Positions 39,870 to 53,558 of a stretch of 64,000 bases of DNA are shown in pieces. Positions within the stretch are counted from its first letter, which is position 1; each line of letters opens with the position of its first letter. The translations under genes and the position numbers were made by a program. This stretch comes from Eledone cirrhosa. Lineage: Eukaryota. The notes below the pieces were generated by a model. It was not told where the DNA came from. It did no database searches and was given only the letters and a program-made list of their open reading frames with translations. The stretch lies in NCBI GenBank assembly GCA_964016885.1, contig OZ024743.1, forward strand, positions 250,294,001 through 250,358,000, in the 5' to 3' direction.

Positions 39870-40816
39870 TACTATACAAGACTACATTTTTAAGTGTTTA
39901 TATTTATCTAAAAACCTTTCATTACAAGTTTATGTAGAAGCCTTTATTAAGTAATGTTCCAGACACAAGCTTCATAATGAGATCGTTAGTTATTTTTCTG
40001 AGGCACCCAAAAGATTTAATTATTTTCGAAATTATTTGAAAATCATAGTCAGTATCATTAGAAATGCGATAGTAAAAGTTTTAAATTCTTAATTTTTATT
40101 TTAAAATCTTCCATTACAGTTTTATGTTGGACCGTTGTTAAGTTTCATTCCAAAAGCAAGCTTAATAATGAGAAAGTTAGTTATTTTATTAAATCCCTCA
40201 AAATTCTTGGTCAATTTAAAACCAATGGTATCAATCTCTCTGGAAATTTGACCACATCTAATTTCTTCCATTTTGCCATTGGGAAGAAAACACTGAAAAC
40301 ATCACTACCCCAATGATAACAGCTAGGGCAGTGTGAGAGGATGCACTCTTTTGAGTAGAACCTCAGTTGCAAACTGCCCCATTGTCTTTGCAAATAGAAT
40401 GATGAGATAAACATGTTGAAATGGCTATTCCAGCTTGCTGGATTCACACATATGGGAGGCCAACTCAGCCCCAATAGCAGTAAATATGGAGGTTGTCTAG
40501 GGATCAAGAAATTTAATTTCTTAAAAAAACTTCAATGATAAATTAGTTTAATATCTTTTTTTAAATACAGAGCTGCCTAAAGTTGCATATGATTCCATAA
40601 TACAAAACCTTCCATTTTAAATTGTTTATATTTATCTAAAAACCTTCCATCATAATTTTATGTAAAAACCTTTCTTAAGTTATGTTTCTAACATAAACAA
40701 ATAATTTCTAAGTTAATTATTTTAATCAATTCTTCCAAATATCTGGTTGTTTTATAAATTATTTAAAATGCAAAGGAAGAGTCTTTGAATTAGAAATATG
40801 GTAACGAAAGAGTTAA
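39870..40816 (-). repeat. Minus-strand copies of the ~200-bp TTAA-end unit; also at 25430-25770
   Basis: TATTTATCTAAAAACCTTCCATCATAATTTTATGTAA...TTAGAAATATGGTAACGAAAGAGTTAA is the reverse complement of the units at 30839 and 58993. Confidence 0.75.
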
Positions 40817-41747
40817 TATTACTATTAGTAATATAGAAATAGAGGGCAGTGGATTGGCAGTATCAGTAGCGCTTTGGAGAAAATGCATTGCAACATTTAG
40901 TTATAATTTTCTACATTCTGAGTTCAAATCCCATTGTGACCAACTTTGCATTTCATACTTCTGGGGTCAATAAAGTACCAATTAAGTACTGGGGTTGATA
41001 TAATCAACTTTCCACTTTCTCCAAATTGCTGGCAATGTGCCAGTGTTAGAATCAATTATCAATATAGAAATACAGCAATAGAATTGGTAGTATCATTAGA
41101 GCATCAGACAAAATGATTTGTAGCATTTATTTGTGGCCTCTTATATTCAGAGTTCAAATCCTGCAGATGTCAACTTTGACTTTTATCCTTCTAGGGTTGA
41201 TAAAATAAAGTACCAGAAAAGTATTGGGGTGAACTTAATTGATTTTTCCACCACCCAAAATAACTGGCCGTTTGTCTATACTAAAAACAATTATTAATAA
41301 AGAAATATTCATAAGAGATTCAGATTAAAATATTTACAACTATAACACATTCTCACACTTATAGTTTTTCATATGTATGGACATATAGTTATATGTGTAT
41401 GTGTCTATATGCATGTATACAGTTTTTGTGAGTATATGTGTACATATTGTGTCTATGTGCACACATAGTTAAAGGTGCCTATATATAGTTTATGTGTGTA
41501 TGCATTGACATAGTTTATGATATATAATTTAAGTATGAATGTGAGTATATATAATTTATGTGTGGAGGTGTGTGCTACATATATAGTTTAAGTGTATATG
41601 GCATATATGTGTTGTCTTACATTCTGCAATTGATAACCTCTTTTATGTAATCTCTTACACGCACATATATATATATATATACATATATATATGTGTGTAT
41701 ATATATATATATGTGTGAGTATATATATATATATATACTCACACATA

Positions 41748-41781
<34 letters not shown>

Positions 41782-42548
41782 ATACATATATATACATATA
41801 CATATATATATATAGAGAGAGAAAGACAGATAGATAAATAAATATATATATATATACATGTATACACACACACACACACATATATATACATGCCTGTATT
41901 TGTGTAAACTAACAAAAGAGTCCTTCAATGAAGATGGGAGAAATCGCCACCATTGTCATTGTCTGTTCAGCTGCCGAAGATGGGATTGGAACTGGTATTT
42001 ATTTAAATGAGCCTTGCTTCACAGTGAATAAGAGCCAGCATACTAATGGACCAATAAAGCAATGGTTTGGAGAGAGAGAGAGAGACCACCTCTGCTGAAA
42101 TTTGAAAAGTGCTTGAGTGGAAATACAAAATGGCCGAAATTAAAAGTTTTCTCCATCATTCAGTGTGAAATATAGGAGATGTACGAGAGGGAGGGTGGGA
42201 AGAGAATTGTGGGTGAAGGTGGAGAAGAAGATGAAGGATTTAATGAATTCTTATTTCTAGCCACCACAATATAATAATACTGTTCTTCACATCGGCCCAT
42301 GTGTTCTGATGAAGAATATACACACCTGACATTATATACCTCGATATATCCTGCAGGCAACTCTACTTCTTTTCAGCCTTAATATAAAGTTACAAATACA
42401 AAACAACAACAACCCCCTCAACACCTCAAAACACCCCAAAATTGAGATTTGTTTCTAAGAATAGATGGAATTGGAAAATTATTTTGAGAAAATTTTTCTC
42501 AAAAAGTCAAAATACACTTACATACACAAGCATGTATATGTATATAAA

Positions 42549-42605
<57 letters not shown>

Positions 42606-43169
42606 CATACATGCATGCATACATACGTACAAACATATACATACACGCACAGATATACGTACATACATACATACATAAATATACAGATACATACATCTAT
42701 ATACATATGCATGCATGCACACATACATATATACATATATACATACATACACATACTTACATACATACACACATACATACATACATACATACACACATAC
42801 ATACATACATACATACATACATACATACATACATACATACATACACATCTATACCTACATATATAGCAACTTCATTGACTAGATCTAGATATATTTATAG
42901 TTTTCTTATCATCTGTCAATTTCAAAAATTAGATTCATTAAAACTCTATAATTGTCTGTCTGTGTTTTCAATATCAGTTTGTGGAGAGAGAGAAAGCTGA
43001 CGGGTGGGTGAAGATATAAGGGATAACAACAGCAACAACAGCAGCAAGAATATAAATACCTTATATATAAAGACATGAATATATTCAACATACTTAGAAG
43101 GTCTATCATAATTCAGATAGATATCGAAATATAGGAGTATGTATGTATGTATGTATGTATGTATGTAGA

Positions 43170-43628
43170 GATGACCCCTTAGCCTTTGTCAGGGCAGAAT
43201 TCTAGGAGAAGGAAAACTCTGATATAACACCTGCAAACCTGATGGTATCCAATGATGTTGACTTGTTCTTCTTCTTGGTAAATATCATCTTGGTTAAGAG
43301 AGTGGGACTGGTTTTGTGCAGTGCCTTTGCTCACTATAAAAGATTCACGGCACAGGCATTGCTTTATATCTGGAGATCTCTCTGCATTTGTCGTCACATG
43401 GTACCATGGGCCCAGCACTATGTCAATAATTGTCACAAGTGTAGTGTTTGTACCAGAGTTTTCAAGTCGCTGGCTGGACTAAAAAGTCACACTCGTTCAG
43501 TGCATCGGTAGGGGTTCTCCTACATGGATATAAAGTAGTGGCCATACTCGAAAACGAGTTGGCAGCCACCATGTATGTATGTATGTATGTATGTATGTAT
43601 GTATGTATGTATGTATGTATGTATGTAT
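43170..43628 (+). mobile_element. Bipartite non-autonomous RTE derivative (5' UTR motif fused to a C-terminal C2H2 zinc finger and (TGTA)n tail)
   Basis: CTAGGAGAAGGAAAACTCTGAT motif at ~43202, ORF end CSVCTRVFKSLAGLKSHTRSVHR* at 43440-43511, tail GGCAGCCACC(ATGT)n. Confidence 0.7.
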
Positions 43629-44062
43629 CGTGAGGAGGGTGATATTTGGACATCCTGCGGGATGAAATACAAGACCCGGTGAAGAGAGGAGGAACTCAAC
43701 AGAGTCAACTGCCATCCAAATGTACTTTTTTTTATTTTACCTGGGAGTGAAAGGCCCCCAGCTGTTGCCTCAACACCTTTCTAAGAGAGGGAAACTCTGA
43801 AAAATACCTGCAGCTTCGGAAGCATCCGATGATGTTGACCAGTTCTTTCTTTTTGGGTGGTGTTTTCGATGCTCAGAGAGTGGGATTGGTCGAGTGCAAG
43901 GCCTTTCCCCACTTAAAAAACCTTCAAAGCACAGGCATTGCTTGTTCAAGATATGTTACAGGTTCGTGTGGCTGGCTGTAGCCTAAAAGTGCACCAGTAT
44001 CTGTAATCTGACAAACGATTGCAATACTCTTAGCAGAGTTTGCAGCCATCATGTATGTATCC
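43629..44062 (+). mobile_element. Second, more 5'-complete internally deleted RTE derivative in tandem with the first
   Basis: CTAAGAGAGGGAAACTCTGA, ATCCGATGATGTTGACC and GAGAGTGGGATTGG are shared with 43200-43320, and it has the same GCAGCCATC(ATGT)n tail. Confidence 0.7.
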
Positions 44063-44926
44063 ATGTATTTATGTGTGTGTGTGTTCATGTATGTATGTGT
44101 ATGTGTATATGTATACATGTATGTGTGTAGACGTGTCTGTATTTAAGTATGTATGTATGTGTGTATATATATATGTATGTGTATGTGTGTATGTATGTGT
44201 GTATCCATGTATGTGTATATAGATGTATGTATGTATGTGTGTATGTATGTGTGTATGTATGTGTGTGTGTATGTGTGTGTATGTGTGTGTACGTGTGTAT
44301 GTATGTATGTATAACGTGTAGTCCCGATGGAGTAGATCTTCCATTGGGACTATATCTTAAAACAGTAGGTTTTAAGATATAGTCTTATGATATAGTCACT
44401 GAAAATCAATATGCTTTGAGTTCTACCTTGATTTGTGTTCTTCTCATTCTTCAAACCACAAACACTTCCTATTTATATATTATCATATATATATATACAT
44501 ATAACGGCAAATTGACAGTCATTAGAATGTTGGATAGAATACTTTGTGGTATTCATTTCTGCTCTCTGTTCACTGAATTCAAATCCTGCCAAGTTCAACT
44601 TTGCTTTTCATCCTTTTGAGGTCGATAACATTTTATCCTCTATATCACTTTTTCTCTGTTACTTTCTATCCTTCTCTAGAAGAAATCTGCTGTGTATAGA
44701 CCTGGGGAGGGATGGGATCTGCCAGGCTTAAAATGCCCAAGAAATGCTGTATGTCACTATGGCTTCCCTATGACTCCATGAGGAATTATAGGACAATACC
44801 ATGCCATATACACATATATATATATATATGGTAAAAGAATATTTTTTGAGAAGATTTCAAGTAAAAGAAAGGAAACAATACATGATATGAGAGTTAATTA
44901 AATAATAAATATCAAATATTGAAAAA

Positions 44927-44995
<69 letters not shown>

Positions 44996-45534
44996 GCAAT
45001 AACAACAAACATCTTATGGTCATTCTCTTTGTTAAAGCAAAGGTTAGCTTTGCAGGCTTCTCATCATGGGATCCTTTTGAGGCAGAGTTTTCACTAAGAT
45101 TCATCTTTTGTCCAGCATTTCAGAATGAATTCTTGTATATAATTCTTGCAAATAAGACATTAAATGTTAAAAATAATGATAAAGTTGTTGGAATGTTATC
45201 TTGGGGGTATTTAACTATTATTTAATATTTTGGTAACATTCCAACGACTTTGTTAATATTTTACAAATTAGTATGATCATTTTAGAATACTACTAATAGT
45301 GAATGGGTATATAAGCCCATCAGATACGTGTTTCCTTGTGGTTGATTAGATATACACACCATCTGATGATGACTCAACTAGGTACAAAAATCGATTAAAT
45401 GATTTATAATATTTTTAATATATAAGGAAGTTTGTATTTTGTGGCATATTCACATTTTTACATATGAAAAAGGTGTATATATATATATGAATATATACAT
45501 GTCCGTGTGTGTATATATATATATGTATGTATAG

Positions 45535-45808
45535 GGTAAGGGTAAAGACCCCTTTGGTCATGTATGGCCATAGGATTTGCACCTAGAAAGTTCTCCTCTG
45601 TGGCACAAGTCTGGGCAAGGTTGTTTGTAGAAGACCAGCAGTCACACATGCATACCAGTTTCCCCTCTCTACACCACCGATGTTGTCCAAGGGAAAAGCA
45701 AGTGCTGATACAGCTTGGCACCAGTGACATCACAACTCATTTCTACAGCTGAATGAACTGGAACAACGTGAAATAAAGTGCCTGGCTCAAGAACACAATG
45801 CACATCCT
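45535..45808 (-). mobile_element. SINE with the family A/B core and a third tail type ending in (TTACCC)-like repeats
   Basis: Minus strand core GTGTTCTTGAGCCAGGCACTTTATTTCACGTTGTTCCAGTTCATTCAGCTGTAGAAATGAG, followed by an unrelated 3' body. Confidence 0.75.
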
Positions 45809-45938
45809 GGATATATATGTATACATACACATCAGCACAGTCTCAGTTACTCATTCTGTATATATGTAAATATCATTTTATCATACACTTCAGTTATTTA
45901 GTGCACTTCTTAATATATATACATATATATATATACAT

Positions 45939-46020
<82 letters not shown>

Positions 46021-46874
46021 GCATATATATATATATGTATTGATATACTTTGGGAGGGTCATGCTTGTTTTTGTGTGTTGTGAACACACAACACACAAAA
46101 ACAAGATGGTGTAGGACAGAACAAATGAGAGACAAAATAAGAAAACAGTCACTGAGGAGGACACAGAATGTGTGATGAAAGAGATTTGACAATAAATAAA
46201 CAATCATTCTGTTATTGAAACAACCAACTGGAAATTTAAAATAAATTGAAGTGAAACCCAACAGGTGCGTATGTTTTTTTTTTGGCAGTATGACCCTCCC
46301 AAAGTATAACAATATCTGTCGAAACACACATTTTTAAATAAGAAATCTTGCAAAACACATTCAAAATTGAAGTATATATATGTATATATATATATATGTA
46401 TGTGTATATCTATGTATGTTTCTGCCCCTGCTCCCTCTCCTGTATCTTTCTATTTCTACACACACACATGCACACACACACACATATATAAATATATATA
46501 TATAATTATCAATTAAGCATGGATTCTATAATCAAGTAGCAGGGAAAAAAATAACATTCGAGCAACATATTAAATTGAGAAGTTCACAATGTAAAACTAT
46601 GACCAAACATTGGTTCAACAAGTATCTTTTTATCTTATCTAGAGAACTACAAGATAATTTTCTCATTTAGAAATTCTAAATTTACATTTAAATATATTCA
46701 GCATCACACCCCACCCTCTCTCATTAACATAAATCTATAATTTGAAGTTATCACCATCTGCATCTTCTGATTTTATTGGTGATAATTTTGTTAATTTTCA
46801 CTCGAGATTTTCTCTCATGATATCTTAAAGGTGTAACTGCTATGATGAGATTCATACTTGTTTCACAATATGAA

Positions 46875-47985
46875 GAAGTGGTGAGCTTGGATCAAGTCAC
46901 ACACCTGTCATATATGATCAATGCCAGCAACACTATCCTCATCATTAAATATAAAAACATGATGAGCCTGGATCAAAGCACACACACACATGCCATATAT
47001 CATTATCTTCCAAATATAAAGCACACACACGCATGGATCAAAGCACACACACACATGCCACATAGTATCACCATCCAAATATAAATTCATGATGAGCCTG
47101 GATCAAGGCACATACACATCATGTATCATTATCATCCTCAACATCATCATCATTAACATCATCATCTCTTTCATCCTTACCTAAATGTACAGGCGTGATG
47201 AGCCTGGATGACGGTACACATACATTTCATCATCTTCATACTCATAATTGTTTCTACTTTAGGCACAAGGCCAGCAATTACCCAGTGCCTTACTGGTACT
47301 TTATTTTATCGACCCCGTAAGGATGAAAGGCAAAGTCAACCTCGGCGGGATTTGAACTCAGATCGTAAAGGGACGTAACTATGCTGGAAAGCATGGCGTC
47401 CGACCCTCTACCGATACTACCAATCCACTGCCCTCATCTTCATACTCATAATCATCATCATCATCATCCTCATAATCATCATCATCATCATGTTCATCTT
47501 CATCATCCAAATATAAAGACGTGGATCAAGCCATGCATAAATATTATCAACATCATCATCTTCAACATCCTCATCACCCTCATATTTGTTTTCTTATTTA
47601 GGCAAAAAGCCATCAAATTAGTGGATGAAAGGGAAAATCAATTATACATCGACCCCAGTACTTGACTGGTACTTATTATTAACTTTGCCTTTCATCCTTA
47701 CGGGGTCGATAAAATAAAGTACCAGTAATACACTGGATAATTGCTGGCCTTGTGCCAAATGTAGAAACAATTATTAAATATAAAGAAAGGCGTAATTAGC
47801 CTTGTTCAAGGCATTTACACAATTGTCTTACACAATTATTATTATCATCATCACCTTCACTCTCATCATCCAAATATAAAGAGGTTTATGAACCTTGATC
47901 ATGTCACACATGACGATATCATCATTATCGTCATCTTCTTCATCGCCATCATCCTTATTACTAAATATAAAGAAAATATGTCAAA
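46875..47985 (+). repeat. Old degenerate minisatellite (AAATATAAAGACATGATGAGCCTGGATCAAGGCACATACAC + CAT repeats), continuing at 49400-49720
   Basis: The anchor recurs at about 46885, 46960, 47035, 47092, 47197, 47520, 47797, 47888, 49425 and 49677. Confidence 0.7.
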
Positions 47986-47989
47986 GCAA

Positions 47990-48775
47990 GGAAAAACCCA
48001 ATGTCCACATACTCCCTCCACAACACTAATCTCGAGAAGTCTTCCTGTGAACATGTCCTGGGCATTACTGTCAGCAGCGATTTGCATTGGGCAAAACACA
48101 TCTCTAAAATTGTCAAGAAGGCCGAGGGTGTCTTGGCCTCACTCAGCAAGACCTTTGTCAGTCGCTCTCCAGCTATCTATTTAAAGCTATATATAGCTAT
48201 GGTGCAGCCACACTTAGAATATTGACCTCCTGGAAACTGTTCAGGGACATGCAACCAAGCAAACACTCCCCATAAGGCATCTACCTTACTCTGAACGGCT
48301 TGCTTCCCTGGGCATGGATACATTGAAACTCCGATATCTGGCAACTGACTTGGTAAACACCCACAAAATTATTAATTATCTTGCCAACAACAACTCTGAG
48401 CACCTTTGTGAATTCCATGTGTTTAACACCCATGGGCATGCTTACAAAGTCAGAAAACAGCACAAACTCCCATGACTTTCGGAAACATTTTTTTCATGCT
48501 CAGAGTTGCTGAAGCATGGAACAAACTACCTGCATCAGTTGTTAGCTGCCGAGACACTGCATCCTTTAAAACCTCCATGCTTCCTGAAATTCGCCAACAC
48601 TACACCTGATATTCCCCCTCCATACACACATGCTCATGTATCTGTGTGTATATCATGACTCATACACTGTTCACTTTCCTGACATTTGTACATTATTCTA
48701 TGTATAATACATGCACCTTTGGTGAGTTGTAGTGCACCTGAGCACTGTACACAATAAGTTCATTATTATTATTAT
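47990..48775 (+). mobile_element. CR1-group LINE 3' fragment (decayed)
   Basis: HVLGITVSSDLHWAKHISKIVKKA...KLYIAMVQPHLEY, LPYSERLASLG, HGHAYKV, FRKHFF, RVAEAWNKLP, ending in (ATT)n. Confidence 0.85.
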
Positions 48776-48779
48776 ATTA

Positions 48780-49172
48780 TCATCATCATCATCACCGTTT
48801 TTACGTCCATTCTTCCACGCTAGCATGGGTTAGATGGGTTGTCCTCTTGTGGGCAGTGTCCAGTTGGCTGAACTTGTCTTGCTCATACAGGAACTAATTC
48901 TGGCTTGATTTCTACAGCTGGATGCCCTTCCTAACACCAACCTCATTTACAGTGAGTGCTGGGTGCTTTTTTGCTGTGGCACCTCCATGACCACTTTGCA
49001 GTGGAATGATATGGACCCCAGTCCCTATCATCTCATTTCTACTGCTGAGTAAACTGGAGCAATATGAAATAAAGTGTCTTGGTCAAGAAAACAACACATC
49101 ACACGGTCCGAGAATTGAACTCACAACCTTTCGATTGCAAGCCCAATGCTCTAACCACTAAGCCATGCGCTT
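48780..49172 (-). mobile_element. Family A SINE with a longer RTE tail
   Basis: Reverse complement of the 17357 head plus the 28400-28575 RTE tail. Confidence 0.88.
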
Positions 49173-49804
49173 TCATATGCACATTATGTATATCCTGGAC
49201 CGGGCGATGCGTTATGTCCTTGAGCAAGACACTTTATTTCACGTTGCTCCTTCTACCTGGAGTTGCGACCGATAGATAGTACTAGCAACTGGAAAGACCG
49301 ACGAAAACATTGTTTCCTCGGTCCGATTTGACGAAAGTCGATCGATCCTTTTATTATGTATATATATGTGTGTGTGTATGCTACATATCCTCATCAGCTT
49401 CATCATCAAATATGAAAAAAAGTTAAGCCTTAATCAAGACAAACATATGTCATGTATCATTGTTGTCATCATCATCATCATGAAATGTAATGGTTTCTGA
49501 TTTAGGCACAAGGCCAACAATTTGGGGGTTGAGGAAAGTTGATTAAATAGTCCCTAATGCATTACTGCTACTTTATTTTATTGAAGCCATAAGGATGAAA
49601 GGCACAGCTAACCTTTCATCCTTCTGGGGTGGATGAAATAAATCAATGAAATATAATACAAGGAGAAAAGATATTATGAGACTTGGTCAAGACATATATA
49701 CACACCACATATCATCATCATCATCTTTATCATTATAATACTTTTACTTTCCATGTAGTCAGATGGGTCATTAGAAACAAGTTCAGTTATTTATTGGAGC
49801 CTTT

Positions 49805-51863
49805 CATCATCATCATCATCATCATCACCGTTTTACGTCCGTTCTTCCATGCTAGCATGGGTTAGATGGCTTGTCCTGTTGTGGGCAGTGTCTGGTCGGC
49901 TGACCATGCCTTACTCATACAGGAACTGATTTTGGCTTGATTTCTACAGCTGGATGCCCTTCCTAACACCAACCTCATTTACAGTGAGTGCTGGGTGCTT
50001 TTTTGCCGAGGCACCTCCATGACCACTTTGCAGTGGGAGGGTGTTGGGGCATATTGTCTATATGCTTCAGCTTGTACCCATGGGAGGTCGGGTACTCTGT
50101 ATTACTGCGTGACGCCAGAGGTCATGGTCGTGTGTCATCGCCTTTGAGAGGTATAATTGGGTAAGCTCGGCTTTTATCACGTCATCCCAGGTCTTCTTGG
50201 GTCTCCCCACTCCGCGGTTCCCATTGACTTCTAGCGCTCTGCACCTTTTTATGCAGCTGTCATCCTTCATACGCATCACATGTCCATACCAACGCAACCG
50301 CCTCTCCTGCACACAGCATTTGATTCCTCTTATGCTCAGTCTTTCTCTCAATTCATTTATGCTTTGCCGTTCACGTATATTACTATTACACATCCATCGG
50401 AGCATGCAGGCTTCGTTTCTTTCTAATCTACGTAAGTCTTCCACCTTCAGCGCCCAGGTCTCACTACCATGTAACATTGTTGTTCGGATACACGCATCAT
50501 ACAATCTGCCTTTCATTTTGAGGGAGAAGCCTTTTGCAGCTAGCAGTGGCAGTATCTCCCTGAACTTCTTCCATCCTGTTCTTACCCTAGTTATTGTACT
50601 TTCTGAACACCCACCTCCGCTGCTAATTCAGTCACCTAGGTAGCAGAAGCTGTCTACTGTTTCTACAGAGCCCTCCCAGAGATTGGTGGTACTTGTTTCC
50701 TATGGCTGTTTGCTGCTTGCTGTCCCACCACAGCTGCTACATGTGAAGCCTACATTCTTAATTAAGCTTCCTGAGATCCCGCTACATCTCTTGTGAACCC
50801 ATTGTTTGCATTTGGGACAGAGAATGGAGTTCCTACCTACACCTTTCCTACATACTGAGCAAGGCCATTTCCCTGAGGGGATCTGGGTTCTGTTTTCTCG
50901 TCTACTTACACGGACCTTAGTCTTTGTCATGTTGACTTTGAGACCCTTTCTTTCTAGTCCTTGCTTCCAAGTTTGGAATTTCTTCTCTAGTTCTACCATA
51001 GATTCAGCTATAAGTGCAAGATCACCTGCATACAGGAGTTCCCATGGGCATCCGGTCTTAAACTCCTCCATTATTGCCTGCAGGACTATAATGAACAGGA
51101 GAGGGCTAAGAACAGAGCCCTGGTGGACACCAACCTGTACGCTAAATTCCTCGCTATACTCATTGCTAATCCTAACTTTGCTGACTGCTACCCTATACAT
51201 GGCTTGTACAGCTTTCACAAGCCATTCATCTACTCCTAATTTTTCTAAGAGCCCACCAGATTATAGCACGTGGAACTCTGTCAAAGGCTTTCTCGAGATC
51301 GACGAATGCCAGGTAGAGTGGCTTACTTTTAGCTAGGTACTTTTCCTGTAACTGCTTCACAAAGAAGAGAGCATCAGTGGTGCCTCTTCCTGGTACAAAC
51401 CCAAATTGCATCTCATCTAGTTTCACCCGGTCCCTAATCAACTGTGCTATAACTCTTTCTGTTACTTTCATGACCTGGTCCATCAGCTTTATACCTCTAT
51501 AGTTTCCTCTATCTAGTGCATCACCTTTACCTTTGTAGCAGTTGACGATGATGCTACTGCACCAATCTTTTGGTATTACCTGGTTAACAATACGTGTGGT
51601 TTTAGTGTGACCTACAGACCCAGATGCCTTCAGCATCTCGGCAGCTATACCCGATGGACCGGTTGCCTTCCCCATCTTCATATCTTTGATTGCCTTACTT
51701 ACTACGCTGCTGCTGACTAGTACTGTGGCCCTCTATAGGGTCTACTTGGGGTAGGGTCTCTTCTTCCCATGCATTCTCCTCATTTAGTAATCTATCATAA
51801 TGGCTCTTCCATGCATCTTTCTTCTCAGCGCTTGTGAGGGCAAGCTCACCTTCATCATTCTGG
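49805..51863 (-). mobile_element. 5'-truncated, frameshifted RTE LINE, same family as 26972-28575
   Basis: ORF pieces 51226-51681, 50700-51218 and 50067-50516: KATGPSGI, NYRGIKL, QFGFVPGRGTTDA, YAGD (catalytic motif altered), PHD-like finger, RRLRWYGHV, then the 3' UTR and (GAT)n. Confidence 0.95.
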
Positions 51864-52235
51864 TGACATCATCAGGTGTATATTGCATATTAGTTATATA
51901 CGAAAGGAATGATGGTAAACATATTCCAAGAGGCTTTAAGGAGGAAAAGCAGAGAAAAAAATTTGGTTTTTGTTTTTGACTTAAAAGTGATCACGGTAGC
52001 CCATTGTTGTCAGTTGGGCTGATCGCAGTGGTGAACAACCAAACTTAAATGAATATATATATATACACACACTCACATACAACACAGACATACACACACA
52101 CATTTATATATATATGTGCACTTAGTGTACTCAGAAGAGTGTGAGAAAATATTTAAGTGAAATGCGGTTCCACCCAGGTCACTCAAAATAACTACTGACA
52201 TTGTCTGTGACTATCAGAGAAAAAGGACTTAAATT

Positions 52236-52286
<51 letters not shown>

Positions 52287-52384
52287 GATATGTACATATA
52301 TACATATATATAATATATATATATATATATGTATATATGTATATATATATGCATATATATATGTACATATATATATATATGTAT

Positions 52385-52427
<43 letters not shown>

Positions 52428-52439
52428 TATATATATATA

Positions 52440-52474
<35 letters not shown>

Positions 52475-52503
52475 GCACGTATATATATATATATATATGT
52501 ATG

Positions 52504-52537
<34 letters not shown>

Positions 52538-52644
52538 ATTAGTATATTTACCAACATATGCGTACAGATGTACACTAATGCTAGCAAATACATAAGTTAT
52601 GTCATAGTACCTAGGTGGTTCTATGCAGGGGGATGCAGAACAAT

Positions 52645-52765
52645 TATATGAAAGACGTAAAATAAGAAAATTTTTAAAAATTAAAAATTAAAAATTAACT
52701 TACTTACTAAAATTTTAGTAAGTTAATTTTTAATTTTTAAAAATTTTCTTATTTTACGTCTTTCA

Positions 52766-52769
<4 letters not shown>
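52645..52769. repeat. Near-perfect AT-rich palindrome at a (TA)n boundary
   Basis: TATATGAAAGACGTAAAATAAGAAAATTTTT...CTAAAA|TTTTAG...AAAAATTTTCTTATTTTACGTCTTTCATATA. The left arm has two small slippage duplications. Confidence 0.9.
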
Positions 52770-52796
<27 letters not shown>

Positions 52797-53106
52797 TGGT
52801 AAACGGAATAGAAAATGCTGACAAATTGTTCACAGTTGAAAAATGGTTTAATTAGGAATAAAAGAGTATTAATAATTGTATGGGTTAGTATTCAGTTGTG
52901 GTTTTAAGTTTTTAAGATTTTACCGGTTGCGCATTTCTAGATGCTTTTCAATAATAAATTTTGAGATAGAGTGTCCGTGTTGTTTGCTCTGATCTGATTA
53001 GTTTTGTGAATTCTACCTGTTTTTATGTTAAAAAAGTGGCGCCAGCATATATATATATATATATCCCATGCAAGCATGGAAGATGGATGTTAAACGATGA
53101 TGATGA

Positions 53107-53193
<87 letters not shown>

Positions 53194-53275
53194 TATATAT
53201 GTATACACACACACATATATATATATTTATATATATATATATATATGTACATATATATATATATATATATATACG

Positions 53276-53357
<82 letters not shown>

Positions 53358-53390
53358 TATATATATATACACATATATATATATATATGT

Positions 53391-53461
<71 letters not shown>

Positions 53462-53486
53462 TATATATATGTACATATATGTATGT

Positions 53487-53547
<61 letters not shown>

Positions 53548-53558
53548 GTTGTTTACTT

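Noticed and set aside
40211-40507. 98-aa minus-strand ORF in non-repetitive-looking sequence
   Set aside because: No recognisable motif or clear splice boundaries, and it sits inside the ~200-bp repeat cluster. It cannot be supported as a gene.
42282-42320. Small hairpin TGTTCTTCACATCGG...CTGATGAAGAATA as a miRNA or ribozyme
   Set aside because: Too short for a pre-miRNA, not a mature miRNA I recognise, and there is no GAAA/stem III.
43242-43511. Host C2H2 zinc-finger gene exon
   Set aside because: A single finger sits between RTE 5'-UTR motifs and an (ATGT)n tail, so it is better explained as a LINE C-terminus.
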